Part shown: positions 17,101 to 26,105 of the stretch, in pieces
How positions within the stretch are numbered: position 1 is the first letter of the stretch
How the letters are laid out: each line of letters starts with the position of its first letter
Source: a virus
Lineage: Duplodnaviria > Caudoviricetes
Reading direction: 5' to 3' (one strand)
Virus record (IMG/VR): IMGVR_UViG_3300003471_000084
Span: 1-62,083 of that record
Length of the DNA stretch: 62,083 nucleotides
Made by a program: the position numbers and the translations under genes
Notes under the pieces: model-generated
What the model was told of the DNA's origin: nothing
Database searches by the model: none
Seen by the model: the letters and a program-made list of their open reading frames with translations, nothing else

Positions 17101-18111
17101 GGGGTTGGGTTCACTAAGCGGTTTAAGGAGATTGTGGACGGACGCGTTAACATCAAGCATGAAGCGTGGGAGATCGTTAATAAAATGCTGGATGGAAAGT
17201 TAACTCCTTATATTCAAAAGGTTCTCAATGGCGAAATGACCTCAAAACAGTTGGCAGATGCTTTAAAAACAGCCATCAACTCGGTATACGGCTTAACTGC
17301 GGCATCGTTTGAAAATGCGTTTAGAGATCCTCGCAACAAGGATAATATAGTGGCTAAACGTGGTGCGTTATTCATGATTGATTTAGAACACGCCGTCAAA
17401 GAGCAGGGGTTCGAGGTGGCTCACATCAAGACAGACTCTATTAAGATTCCTGATGCAACGCCGGAGATTATTCAGTTTGTCATGGATTTTGGGAAGCGGT
17501 ACGGTTACGACTTTGAACACGAGGCTACATATGACAAAATGTGTCTTGTAAACGATGCAGTCTATATTGCTAAGACTGCGTCAAAGGAAAAGTGTGAAGA
17601 ACTGTATGGTTATGTCCCAGGGGATAATAAAAAAAAACCCGAAAAATGGACTGCGACCGGAACACAATTTGCTGTACCCTACGTGTTTAAGAAGCTGTTT
17701 AGCAAAGAAGATATTGTCTTCGAAGATCTCTGTGAAACCAAATCTGTAAGCTCCGCTTTATATTTGGATATGAATGAAAGCCTTTCGGTTGATGATCACA
17801 ACTACATCTTTATCGGAAAGGTTGGTCAGTTCTGTCCGATTAAGGAGGGCTGCGGTGGGGGTCTACTCATGCGACAGACCACTTCTAAGACTGGAGAAAT
17901 CAGCTATGCCGCTGCTACAGGCTCAAAGGGTCATCGGTGGCTGGAGTCCGAGATGGTTAAGGTTCTTGAAAAAGAATCAGATATTGATCGCTCTTACTAC
18001 GACAAAATGGTAGATGATTCTGTCAAAACCATTGACAACTGGGGTGATTTTGAATGGTTTGCCTCTGACCAGCCTTATGATCGGTATAACAACGAAATAC
18101 TACCATTCTAA
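14131..18111 (+). CDS. SF3 helicase / AEP primase / 3'-5' exonuclease / family B DNA polymerase fusion
   Basis: Walker A GAAGTGKS; AEP motifs VIDFD and ELSKGGAGIHLHY; Exo YDIE, GFNCRRYD, YCDND; PolB LDVGSQHPN, KTAINSVYG, HIKTDS. Confidence 0.85.
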   Translation: MIDFLLISTRSTKRGVIEIYPKFIIKKSHDLMIRGGDFYAIWIEERGLWSTDEQDALQLIDRELDRYAEENRQRFDSDIRVLHMWDAETGMIDTWHKYCQRQMRDSFHMLDEKLIFSNTNTNRKDYASKKLSYPLEAGDFSAYNKLMSTLYTEEERHKIEWAVGSIVCGESKKLQKFMVLYGAAGTGKSTVLNIIQQLFEGYYSVFDAKALGSSNNSFALEAFKSNPLVAIQHDGDLSKIEDNTRLNSLVSHELMTVNEKFKSAYSNRFKCFLFMGTNKPVKITDAKSGLIRRLIDVSPSGNKLSAGEYKKTVKQVDFEIGAIAYHCQEVYLSDPGKYDDYIPMAMLGASNDFYNFIIDSYHVFKKENGTTLKAAWEMYKTYCDDAKVTFPFSQRIFKEELKNYFRDYKERFNFDDGTRVRSYYEGFRTEKFEDQKADGEVKKNDISLIQFSSQKSIFDKECGDCFAQYATDKEIPSKKWEKITSKLSELNTSRIHYVRVPENHIVIDFDITDEAGQKSFEKNVEEASKWPPTYAELSKGGAGIHLHYIYTGDVSKLSRVYDDHIEVKVFAGNSSLRRKLTKCNNLPIATISSGLPLKGEKMVNFEGIKSEKGLRTSIKKNLNKEVHPGTKPSIDFIYKILEDAYASELKYDITDMRNAVLAFAASSTNQADYCIKLVNKMQFKSADISAGVKNEDAKLVFYDIEVFPNLFLVNWKIEGEGKPIVRMINPSPSEVEDLMRFRLVGFNCRRYDNHILYARLMGYTNEQLYNLSQRIISGSANCFFGEAYNVSYTDVYDFASAGNKMSLKKWEIKLCIHHQELGLPWDQPVAEDLWVKVAEYCDNDVIATEAVFNHLSGDWTARQILADLAGMTVNDTTNTLTTRIIFGTNRKPQEQFNYRDLSQPVYHLDSDVKKFLEEAKPEMMAQTHGEAQSLLPYFPGYKYERGKSTYRGIEVGEGGCVRAKPGMYGNVALLDVGSQHPNSAICEVLFGVGFTKRFKEIVDGRVNIKHEAWEIVNKMLDGKLTPYIQKVLNGEMTSKQLADALKTAINSVYGLTAASFENAFRDPRNKDNIVAKRGALFMIDLEHAVKEQGFEVAHIKTDSIKIPDATPEIIQFVMDFGKRYGYDFEHEATYDKMCLVNDAVYIAKTASKEKCEELYGYVPGDNKKKPEKWTATGTQFAVPYVFKKLFSKEDIVFEDLCETKSVSSALYLDMNESLSVDDHNYIFIGKVGQFCPIKEGCGGGLLMRQTTSKTGEISYAAATGSKGHRWLESEMVKVLEKESDIDRSYYDKMVDDSVKTIDNWGDFEWFASDQPYDRYNNEILPF

Positions 18112-18132
18112 TAAAAGAAAAGGAGAATTATC

Positions 18133-18975
18133 ATGGCACAAAAAGTAAACGAAAAGGATCTGGAGAATGTCCAGTCCGTCGAGGTGTTAAATACTAACTT
18201 TAACATGTACGGAACCATCGACAATCCTTTATTCTTGGCGATTGATGTCGCCGAACTTATTGAGTATTCGGCCGACAAGGTCGGTCAGATGCTCGAACAG
18301 GTCGACGATGACGAAAAGCTGACCGATACAATATATCGGGCAGGTCAAAAGCGTGAGATGTGGTTTTTGACTGAGAACGGTTTGTATGAGCTTCTCATGC
18401 AGTCTCGCAAGCCACTCGCAAAGAGGTTCAAACTCGAAATCAAGAAGATCCTTAGACAGATTCGCATGGGAAAGATTCAGCAGCGTCATCGCGTTATTTC
18501 TGATAAGGGCGGTAACTTAATGATCGAGAATGCTCGAATTATCTTCCGCAACTTTTCTGGAAAGGAAACGAAGTTCAACCGCGAGGGTGACCGCAACTTC
18601 TGTGTTATCATCGATGATGCGGAGCAAGCACAGATGCTAATTAACGATGGTTGGAATGTGAAAATTCTTAAACCTCGTGACGAAGGTGATGAAGTAAAGC
18701 ATTCCATTCAGGTTGCGGTCCGATTCGATAATTTTCCGCCCAAGGTGGTTATGGTCACTCGCAAGACCCAGACCGTCTTGGATGAGGAGTCTGTCGGGAC
18801 TTTGGACTTTGCGGAAATTAAAAGTGTCGATTTGACTATTAACCCGTCCAAGTGGGAGGTCAATGGTAAGACTGGATTAAAAGCTTACCTGAAGAACATG
18901 TATGTCACAATCGATGAGGACGTGTTCGCGGCTAAGTACGCTGACATGGAAGAGGACGACCTTCCATGGCAATAG
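18133..18975 (+). CDS. BRO-N domain fused to putative single-stranded DNA-binding protein
   Basis: PLFLAIDVA...[17 protein letters not shown] (BRO-N); beta-rich C-domain with acidic tail EEDDLPW. Confidence 0.65.
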   Translation: MAQKVNEKDLENVQSVEVLNTNFNMYGTIDNPLFLAIDVAELIEYSADKVGQMLEQVDDDEKLTDTIYRAGQKREMWFLTENGLYELLMQSRKPLAKRFKLEIKKILRQIRMGKIQQRHRVISDKGGNLMIENARIIFRNFSGKETKFNREGDRNFCVIIDDAEQAQMLINDGWNVKILKPRDEGDEVKHSIQVAVRFDNFPPKVVMVTRKTQTVLDEESVGTLDFAEIKSVDLTINPSKWEVNGKTGLKAYLKNMYVTIDEDVFAAKYADMEEDDLPWQ

Positions 18976-19017
18976 TTCGTTGATGAGGAACTTATTTAAG
19001 AGAACCAATACAACTTA

Positions 19018-19056
19018 GGAGCGCTGGTTAGAGATGGCTGGCGCTCCATTTCTTTT
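19018..19056 (+). terminator. Rho-independent terminator
   Basis: GGAGCGC...GCGCTCC followed by T-rich tract. Confidence 0.65.
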
Positions 19057-19071
19057 GAAAGGAGAAAGACA

Positions 19072-19980
19072 TTGTCGTTTTGGAAAGATTTCTTTGGAAA
19101 TTCTAAAGTAAGGCAGCGGAGGGCACAATCACAAGCAACCATGTCCCACACATCAAAGCCGATTTTGTCGCCAGAACCTGATCCAGACATTCAAGGAAGA
19201 CCGAAGCCAGAGCCTAAACCCGATATTCCTAAACGTGAACCGAAACTTGTTCCTAAAAGGCGAAGCGAAGCCATTCATGATCATGAAAAGGAGTTCTTGC
19301 AGATATTTAAGCAGCTTACCTATCAGCATAGATCGTGGGATGTCTGGAAGGACTTTGTCGTTATGGCTGCCTGCGCTTTGTCCAACCCAGTTGACTCATC
19401 TCATTATGATGAGCGAGAAGCTATTTACATGCAAATAATCAAGACATACAAAAAGTCTGAACAGGAACTTTTTCCTCAACTACTCGCCGAGGTCGTTATG
19501 GCTCTGGAGAAAAATCCTGAGCAGGACTTCTTAGGTCATATTTTCATGGGACTTGACCTTGGCAGTGATTCGAAAAAACAGATCTTCACACCATACCATG
19601 TTTGTCAGCTTATGGCTGAGGTAACAATGGGCGACTTTGTCCAGGAAGTTAAAGATAAAGGCTACATCACAATTTGCGATCCGTGCTGCGGAGCTGGAGC
19701 AACTTTGATCGCCAGTCTTAATGTGGCGAAAGAGAAGTTAGGAAAAGAAAGACTTAACTTCCAGAACCACGTTCTCTTTGCTGCTCAAGACATCGACCAG
19801 ACGGCGGCGCTTATGTGCTATATTCAGCTATCGCTTCTTGGAGTGGCGGCTTACATAAAAATTGGTAATACGCTGACAGATCCGATGGTATCTGGCGATT
19901 CGCTTGAAAACTATTGGTTTACACCGATGTACTTTTCTGACGTGTGGGTTATGCGTCGGCTTATTAGAGGGTCGAAGTGA
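19072..19980 (+). CDS. N6-methyltransferase-like SAM-binding protein lacking motif IV
   Basis: QIFTPYHV, DPCCGAGATL and AQDID motifs; no NPPY/F before the stop. Confidence 0.7.
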   Translation: MSFWKDFFGNSKVRQRRAQSQATMSHTSKPILSPEPDPDIQGRPKPEPKPDIPKREPKLVPKRRSEAIHDHEKEFLQIFKQLTYQHRSWDVWKDFVVMAACALSNPVDSSHYDEREAIYMQIIKTYKKSEQELFPQLLAEVVMALEKNPEQDFLGHIFMGLDLGSDSKKQIFTPYHVCQLMAEVTMGDFVQEVKDKGYITICDPCCGAGATLIASLNVAKEKLGKERLNFQNHVLFAAQDIDQTAALMCYIQLSLLGVAAYIKIGNTLTDPMVSGDSLENYWFTPMYFSDVWVMRRLIRGSK

Positions 19981-20021
19981 CGCTACGTTTACCCTCCCCT
20001 ATTCATTAGAAAGGAGAAAAA

Positions 20022-20147
20022 ATGGATAAAAACAAACTTAATGAATTCGGATACAAAGTTGGTTATATCTTGGCTACCGTTATAGCTATTTGTTTAATGG
20101 TAGCGGCTATTGCTCTAACGGTTAAATTTCTGTTTTGGTTATTCTGA
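20022..20147 (+). CDS. 41-aa membrane peptide, not in ORF track
   Basis: RBS GAAAGGAG; hydrophobic. Confidence 0.6.
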   Translation: MDKNKLNEFGYKVGYILATVIAICLMVAAIALTVKFLFWLF

Positions 20148-20169
20148 AACCATAAAAAGATGAAAAAAG

Positions 20170-21462
20170 GTGGTGAAAACCATAGCGAGACTAGAGTTAT
20201 TTGATTACCAAATCAAGGCTGTCAATCAGATGAAGAACGGATCGATATTATGTGGAGGTGTCGGTTCGGGAAAAAGCTTAACGGCTTTAGCATATTACTA
20301 CCTCCAAAACGGCGGCAATCCGGATACTTTGACTGGTGGCGACTATATTCCTATGGGTGATCCACCTCAAGACCTCTATATTATCACAACGGCTCAAAAG
20401 CGGGATAAGTTAGAATGGGAGGGCGAGCTTATACCCTTCCTTCTTTCTACTCATAAAGAATTTAATCTATACCATAACAAAGTGGTTGTAGATTCGTGGA
20501 ATAACATCAAGAAGTATAAGGACATTACGAACGCCTTCTTCATATTTGATGAGCAGCGTGTTGTCGGTTCTGGTGTTTGGGTTAAGTCTTTCCTGAAAAT
20601 CGCAAAAAACAACCAATGGGTGCTGCTGTCGGCTACCCCTGGGGATACATGGCAAGATTATATCCCAGTATTCATTGCTAATGAATTCTACAAAAATCGA
20701 ACTGAGTTTCTAAGAGAGCATGTTATCTACAGCAGATTCAGTAAGTTTCCAAAGATAGATCGCTATATTAACACCGGGCGATTGATAAGGCTGCGTGACC
20801 GCATTTTAGTCCATATGGACTTTGATCGGAAAACAGTATCGCACCATGATGATGTTTACGTTCAATACGATATCTCAACTTATAAGGACGTTTCGAGAAA
20901 CCGTTGGAATCCGTACAAAAACGAGCCAATCGTTAATGCCGGTGAGCTTTGTTATTTATGGAGAAAGATCGTTAACTCGGACCAGTCAAGACAAATTGCT
21001 TTGTTGGAGCTCTTTGAAAAACATCCTAAAATGATCGTCTTTTACAACTTTGACTATGAGCTTGATATTCTTAAGAGCTTGTATTATGGCGAAGATGTGG
21101 AAGTTGCGGAGTGGAATGGTCATAAGCATCAGCCTTTACCAGATGGAGAACGGTGGGTGTATTTAGTTCAGTATACCGCAGGATGCGAGGGATGGAACTG
21201 TATCAAGACGGACACAATTGTCTTCTACTCGCAGAACTACTCTTACAAGGTGATGACACAGGCAGCGGGGAGAACCGATAGACTCAATACGCCTTATACC
21301 GACTTACATTATTATCATCTGAAAACTAGATCCGGAATTGATTTGGCGATCAGCCGATCTTTGAAGAACAAAAAGGATTTCAATGAAACGAGATATGTTA
21401 AAAGTAGTTCTAACTTGTCGGTTATTAAAAATAACCCATCTATTCTACCGAAAGCAGCATAG
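20170..21462 (+). CDS. SF2 (SNF2-like) helicase
   Basis: Q motif FDYQ, GVGSGKS, FDE, LSATP, EGWN, QAAGRTDR. Confidence 0.88.
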   Translation: MVKTIARLELFDYQIKAVNQMKNGSILCGGVGSGKSLTALAYYYLQNGGNPDTLTGGDYIPMGDPPQDLYIITTAQKRDKLEWEGELIPFLLSTHKEFNLYHNKVVVDSWNNIKKYKDITNAFFIFDEQRVVGSGVWVKSFLKIAKNNQWVLLSATPGDTWQDYIPVFIANEFYKNRTEFLREHVIYSRFSKFPKIDRYINTGRLIRLRDRILVHMDFDRKTVSHHDDVYVQYDISTYKDVSRNRWNPYKNEPIVNAGELCYLWRKIVNSDQSRQIALLELFEKHPKMIVFYNFDYELDILKSLYYGEDVEVAEWNGHKHQPLPDGERWVYLVQYTAGCEGWNCIKTDTIVFYSQNYSYKVMTQAAGRTDRLNTPYTDLHYYHLKTRSGIDLAISRSLKNKKDFNETRYVKSSSNLSVIKNNPSILPKAA

Positions 21463-21479
21463 CGGAGAAAGGAGAAAAC

Positions 21480-21656
21480 ATGCGTGTAAATGAAAGTGTC
21501 ATAGTCGGCGTTGATTTTACGAAGGGTGAAGATGTCGGGGTTTTGATTGTCGGACGTCAACAGAACGGAAAAGTCGATATCATAAATGCGTTTCAAGGAA
21601 AAGAGGCTTTGGACCTTTACCTGAAGCTAACGACGGTTAAAAAGAAGGAGGAGTAA
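21480..21656 (+). CDS. 58-aa hypothetical protein, not in ORF track
   Basis: RBS GAAAGGAG; MRVNESVIVGVDF... Confidence 0.65.
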   Translation: MRVNESVIVGVDFTKGEDVGVLIVGRQQNGKVDIINAFQGKEALDLYLKLTTVKKKEE

Positions 21657-21657
21657 T

Positions 21658-21918
21658 ATGGCTACGAATGATTGGGCGAAGCTTCTTAATACTATGACCG
21701 ATGCTTGGAAACAGATTTCAGAACAAATAAAAGAGTTAGTGGATGCATTGGTAAAAGTTTTCGGCTCTTTAAGACAAGCAAGGGATCGGTCCTATAAGAA
21801 TCCAAACACCTATTACAACCCTCATAAGAACAAACACCTTAGGGGTAAAATGCTCCCATTATATAAGGTATATATAAAACCTCAAAAGCATCTCCCATAT
21901 CAGCGACGAGCTTATTGA
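21658..21918 (+). CDS. Hypothetical protein
   Basis: RBS GGAGGAG. Confidence 0.6.
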   Translation: MATNDWAKLLNTMTDAWKQISEQIKELVDALVKVFGSLRQARDRSYKNPNTYYNPHKNKHLRGKMLPLYKVYIKPQKHLPYQRRAY

Positions 21919-21958
21919 TCGTTTCTGAATGGGGTTTCTATTTTGAAAGGAGAAAATC

Positions 21959-22417
21959 ATGAACATTGTAGGAACTATATCTTTTGGCAAAAGAATTCTC
22001 GATGTATATTCTTCCGTCGACGAGCCTTTGTTCCGGGCTTCCGATGTAGCTAATATTGTCGAGTACAGTCCGGGTAATACGTGGTCGATGTTGAGGATGT
22101 GCGAAGAAGACGAAAAGCTGAACCTACCAATGGTAGTTGCAGGTCAGAGACGATCTGTAAGCTTTATCACCGAATCGGGTCTGTATAACATATTGGCCCA
22201 GAGCCGCACTCCTATTGCCCGCGGATGGAGAAGAATCATTCACGATGAGCTTATCCGACTAAGACATTCTCGAGGTAAGAATATTATCGAGCAGTTCGAA
22301 GATTGGGATCACGAGCTGGATACGATATTTATTGATCCAGAAACCGGCATAATGATGCAATCTGTCACTGTCCAAGGTGGGGACGTCATTCAAGTGCCTT
22401 ATAAAAAGGAGGCGTGA
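21959..22417 (+). CDS. BRO-N family protein (antirepressor-like)
   Basis: PLFRASDVA...FITESGLYNILAQSRTP. Confidence 0.8.
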   Translation: MNIVGTISFGKRILDVYSSVDEPLFRASDVANIVEYSPGNTWSMLRMCEEDEKLNLPMVVAGQRRSVSFITESGLYNILAQSRTPIARGWRRIIHDELIRLRHSRGKNIIEQFEDWDHELDTIFIDPETGIMMQSVTVQGGDVIQVPYKKEA

Positions 22418-22418
22418 C

Positions 22419-22571
22419 ATGGAAAACGATTATAAGGAAGTCTACTTCCACGAGTATTGCAAAACATGCAAGTACGAGAAAACGCCAGAAAATAAGGAAC
22501 CTTGTAATGAGTGTTTGGACGATCCGGTTAATCTGAATTCTCACAAACCCGTGAAGTGGGAAGAGAAATAG
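22419..22571 (+). CDS. Small Cys-rich protein
   Basis: CKTC...CNEC; RBS AAGGAGG. Confidence 0.65.
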   Translation: MENDYKEVYFHEYCKTCKYEKTPENKEPCNECLDDPVNLNSHKPVKWEEK

Positions 22572-22596
22572 TTTTTCTTTTGAAAGGAGAAATAGC

Positions 22597-23127
22597 ATGA
22601 GTTATCAATATGACCAATACCTTGCTCGACATAAAGAAAATGTGAAAAAAGGGTTTGATTGGATTCATCAACATCTTCCAGATTTGGTTAAAGAGGCCGA
22701 TAATGCGGAATGGTTGACAGGGTTTGCTCACGATCAGTCCAAGTCGGAACCGGATGAGTACGACGCTTATGATAAATATTTTTATGGAGGAAATCGTTCC
22801 TTCGCTGTTGTCCAGGCTTTCAATAAGGCCTGGCTTTTTCACATTCATCGTAACCCTCATCACTGGCAATATTGGGTTCTTATCCACGATGACCCCAACG
22901 AGCCCGAAGAATGCATTGAAATGCCGTACAACTATATTATCGAAATGATTTGCGACTGGTGGGCATTCAGTTGGGCCAAAGGAGATCTGACTGAAATATT
23001 TAAGTGGTGGGATGAGCACAAGGAATATATCAAGTTACATCCCAATAGTCGCAGAATGGTGGAGAATATCCTTAACCAAATCGATAAGAGACTGATCGAA
23101 AAGGAGAATAATAATGGTCAAGCTTGA
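22597..23127 (+). CDS. DUF5662-like HD-fold phosphohydrolase
   Basis: H...HDQSK...HIHRNPHHW...EMICDW. Confidence 0.7.
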   Translation: MSYQYDQYLARHKENVKKGFDWIHQHLPDLVKEADNAEWLTGFAHDQSKSEPDEYDAYDKYFYGGNRSFAVVQAFNKAWLFHIHRNPHHWQYWVLIHDDPNEPEECIEMPYNYIIEMICDWWAFSWAKGDLTEIFKWWDEHKEYIKLHPNSRRMVENILNQIDKRLIEKENNNGQA

Positions 23128-23479
23128 TTTTAATACAGTTGGAGCAACTTGCAACAGTCTTAACGCCCTTGAAGGTAGATATCGATTTTTGGAGTCTGAC
23201 CAGGGTACGTCCTCAATTCTTCACAATGCTCAGGAACTTATTTGGTTGTTATGGGCTGCTCTTGAAGAATCTAAAGGTGTTCCAATATGCCATCAAATGA
23301 AAGAGATACTAAATAGATGTGACTATATTCATTCCGGGAAGCCGATAGGTGTTGTGTTGCATAGGGATGACGCCATCACAGTTCAATTAACAGACGAGGC
23401 AAAACATGACCCCCAAATAATGGAGTTGTTCGGATTTAATCGAGTCACATCTATGAGTTTTGAAGTAAAAGGAGAATAA
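23114..23479 (+). CDS. Hypothetical protein
   Basis: RBS AAGGAG. Confidence 0.6.
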   Translation: MVKLDFNTVGATCNSLNALEGRYRFLESDQGTSSILHNAQELIWLLWAALEESKGVPICHQMKEILNRCDYIHSGKPIGVVLHRDDAITVQLTDEAKHDPQIMELFGFNRVTSMSFEVKGE

Positions 23480-23481
23480 CA

Positions 23482-24486
23482 ATGATTCTAATTGAAAAAA
23501 CCGAAGTTATTGGATTAGAGCAAACCATCCGTGGTATGCGAAACCCAATGAATAGCTGGGAAAAATCCGACAGTGGTATTTGTAAGGGTGGTGATGATGG
23601 GATTGGTTGTCCAAACTGTGCCCACTATGACTGCGAGCATACATACGATCACTCTTTCCAAATCGGTAAGAATGACTATGAGCTGATGATGAAGCTTGTT
23701 AAAGGTGGTCCGGTTCACGCCAAGTTTCGCAGGATGATTGCGGTGTATGTGGATATTACGGCGCCTTTGTATTGGTGGAAAGAGTTCGATACTTATAAAG
23801 TTGGTACGGTCGCCAACTCCTGCTCCACCATGCACAAAATTCAAGCAAAAGAATTCGAATACGGAGACTTTAGCTGTGAGCATTTAATAGGCGATTGGTG
23901 CGGGGATAACTGCGAGTCATTCATATACTACCCTACCGATGCCGATCCTATGAGCCCGCAAAACGGACTCGAAGTAATTGTAGGCCTTCTTAACGCAAAT
24001 CGCGAAGCGTTCCTTAAAACTGGTGATAAGAAATATTGGTGGCAGATGATTCAGCTTCTCCCCTCTTCTTACAACCAGAAGCGCACGGTCATGCTGAACT
24101 ATGAGGTTCTGGCCGGCATGTATTTGCATAGATGCAAGATCCGACATAAACTTGACGAATGGCACGAGGTAGGTTCTTGGATCGAGGGGCTGCCGTATAG
24201 TGAAGTGATTATCGGCGAAAAAGATCAATGCAAAACCTTTAATGAAATTCGAGCTGAACATGGGCTTCCACCAATTACGAAAGCCGAGCGCGTATTCAGA
24301 ATAGACACATTTATTCTTGAGCTAAAGAAGCACATTAAACTTCTTCCTTATCAAGAAGAAATAGTTCGAGAAATGCTTTTAAACAAAAACGAGATAAGAA
24401 TTGTTTTTGGGCGTCAAAACGGAATAACACATTTACGTAATATGTACAAAAATATTATGGAAGGAGTTGAACCTAATGCTGATTGA
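23482..24486 (+). CDS. Divergent ThyX-like protein
   Basis: HAKFRRM, APLYWWKEFDTY, NSCSTMH, LLPSSY, LNYE...HKLDEW layout; lies in the nucleotide metabolism cluster. Confidence 0.55.
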   Translation: MILIEKTEVIGLEQTIRGMRNPMNSWEKSDSGICKGGDDGIGCPNCAHYDCEHTYDHSFQIGKNDYELMMKLVKGGPVHAKFRRMIAVYVDITAPLYWWKEFDTYKVGTVANSCSTMHKIQAKEFEYGDFSCEHLIGDWCGDNCESFIYYPTDADPMSPQNGLEVIVGLLNANREAFLKTGDKKYWWQMIQLLPSSYNQKRTVMLNYEVLAGMYLHRCKIRHKLDEWHEVGSWIEGLPYSEVIIGEKDQCKTFNEIRAEHGLPPITKAERVFRIDTFILELKKHIKLLPYQEEIVREMLLNKNEIRIVFGRQNGITHLRNMYKNIMEGVEPNAD

Positions 24487-24718
24487 AAAAAGGCCCTACA
24501 ACGAAAGACTTGTTGAACAAGTCAAAGCTCTTGGTCAGGATGTAATTGACAGGGCTGAAGATTTAGTCGGAAGTGGCGATCTAATTACAGATTTTGATAT
24601 TTGGCTTCGGTTTCCACAAGATGGTTTTCCTACTATTGAGATGACTCGTTCTCACGCGAGTCGTAGATACCTAGATATTCTAAACAAGAAGGAGGATTCC
24701 AGTGAAGCGAATCTCTAA
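24476..24718 (+). CDS. Hypothetical protein
   Basis: RBS AAGGAG before ATG 24476. Confidence 0.6.
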   Translation: MLIEKRPYNERLVEQVKALGQDVIDRAEDLVGSGDLITDFDIWLRFPQDGFPTIEMTRSHASRRYLDILNKKEDSSEANL

Positions 24719-25130
24719 AACTGAATACTACCTTGGCATCGCGGAAGCAGTCTCTAAACGCAGCACTTGTCTTCGCAGGCAGTACGGTGCCATTATCGTT
24801 AAGAATGATGAGATAATTGCAACTGGATATAATGGTTCTCCTCGAGGTACTGACAACTGTTGTGATGTAGGTTATTGCTGGCGAGAAGAAAATAATATCC
24901 CTCATGGTGAGCAGTATGAAGCCTGCCTTGCCGTACACGCTGAGCAGAATGCTATCATATCGGCATCCAGACGTGATGTCATTGGTTCTATCTTATATTT
25001 GGTAGGGTTCGAAAACGAAAAGCGAATACCTTCCGAGCAGGTTAAACCATGCAAAATCTGCGAAAAGATGATCATCAACTCCGGAATTAGACTAGTCGTG
25101 ACAGAATCACGGAAAGGAGATTCTATATGA
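24702..25130 (+). CDS. dCMP deaminase
   Basis: RSTC, GYNG, HAEQNA, PCKIC. Confidence 0.92.
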   Translation: MKRISKTEYYLGIAEAVSKRSTCLRRQYGAIIVKNDEIIATGYNGSPRGTDNCCDVGYCWREENNIPHGEQYEACLAVHAEQNAIISASRRDVIGSILYLVGFENEKRIPSEQVKPCKICEKMIINSGIRLVVTESRKGDSI

Positions 25131-25774
25131 AAACTGAACAATTCAACACTATTATCGAGGATCAGCAGAAACACTGCACTGATATCCTCATTACCAAGGC
25201 CAAGGAATACGCCACGGCAGATCGCCTGCATAATTTCAAAGTGGCAGCCGAACTTCAAATGACAACGCCTATCAACGCTTTGGCAGGTATGCTGGCTAAA
25301 CACACGGTAAGCATCTATGACATGTGTCGCTCAGGTAATAACTACCCTCAGAAGATACGGGATGAAAAGATCACAGACCACATCAACTACCTTCTTCTGC
25401 TTAAAGCCCTTACCGTTGAGGAAGCAGAAAAGAACACAACGTCTTGTATGGTGACAATCAGGCGTTTCACCTCTCAAATGAAGGAGGACGCAATGTGGAA
25501 GCGCGAATTGCTGAAGAATAAAATTTATTCGTTTCTCTTCATTTTATTAGGTGCTCTGAGTGTTCTTATTGAATACGACGGCACCTTTTTTGTTTTAACT
25601 TTGATGTTTGGTATTCCTATGTTCTTCTCAAAAGAAAACTGGATTGTAGAAGGAGGTAACGATAATGCGGATAGCAGGAACTACGTCTTGTTCTCTCGTC
25701 AACGGTCTCGGCGTCCGCTACGTCGTGTTCTGCCAGGGATGCGCACATCAATGCGTCGGATGTCAAAACCCTGA
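25127..25774 (+). CDS. Hypothetical protein with in-frame internal start for a membrane domain
   Basis: KAKEYA...DRLHNFK...DHINYL domain; internal RBS AAGGAGG and ATG 25493. Confidence 0.55.
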   Translation: MKTEQFNTIIEDQQKHCTDILITKAKEYATADRLHNFKVAAELQMTTPINALAGMLAKHTVSIYDMCRSGNNYPQKIRDEKITDHINYLLLLKALTVEEAEKNTTSCMVTIRRFTSQMKEDAMWKRELLKNKIYSFLFILLGALSVLIEYDGTFFVLTLMFGIPMFFSKENWIVEGGNDNADSRNYVLFSRQRSRRPLRRVLPGMRTSMRRMSKP

Positions 25775-26102
25775 AACATGGGACTTCGACGGTGGAAAAG
25801 AAGTTACCCCAGAAGAGCTGGCGCAAGATATTAAGAAACATAGATACATAGACGGGGTTACCTTATCAGGAGGTGACCCTTTCTTTCAACAAGAAGAATG
25901 TGTAGCTCTTTTGAAGCTTCTTCCTAGATATTTCAATATCTGGATTTACACAGGCTTCCGTTATGACGAGATCAAAAACACGCAGCTCGCACAGATGGCG
26001 GACTATATTGTTGATGGTAAATTTGAGATAGACAAGATTGTCCAAGGCCAGATGTACGGAAGCAGTAACCAACAGATTATCAACGTAAAAAGGAGCATTT
26101 AA
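25665..26102 (+). CDS. nrdG: Anaerobic ribonucleotide reductase activase
   Basis: GCAHQCVGCQN radical SAM motif, SGGDP, YTG, DGKF, GSSNQ. Confidence 0.92.
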   Translation: MRIAGTTSCSLVNGLGVRYVVFCQGCAHQCVGCQNPETWDFDGGKEVTPEELAQDIKKHRYIDGVTLSGGDPFFQQEECVALLKLLPRYFNIWIYTGFRYDEIKNTQLAQMADYIVDGKFEIDKIVQGQMYGSSNQQIINVKRSI

Positions 26103-26105
26103 TTT

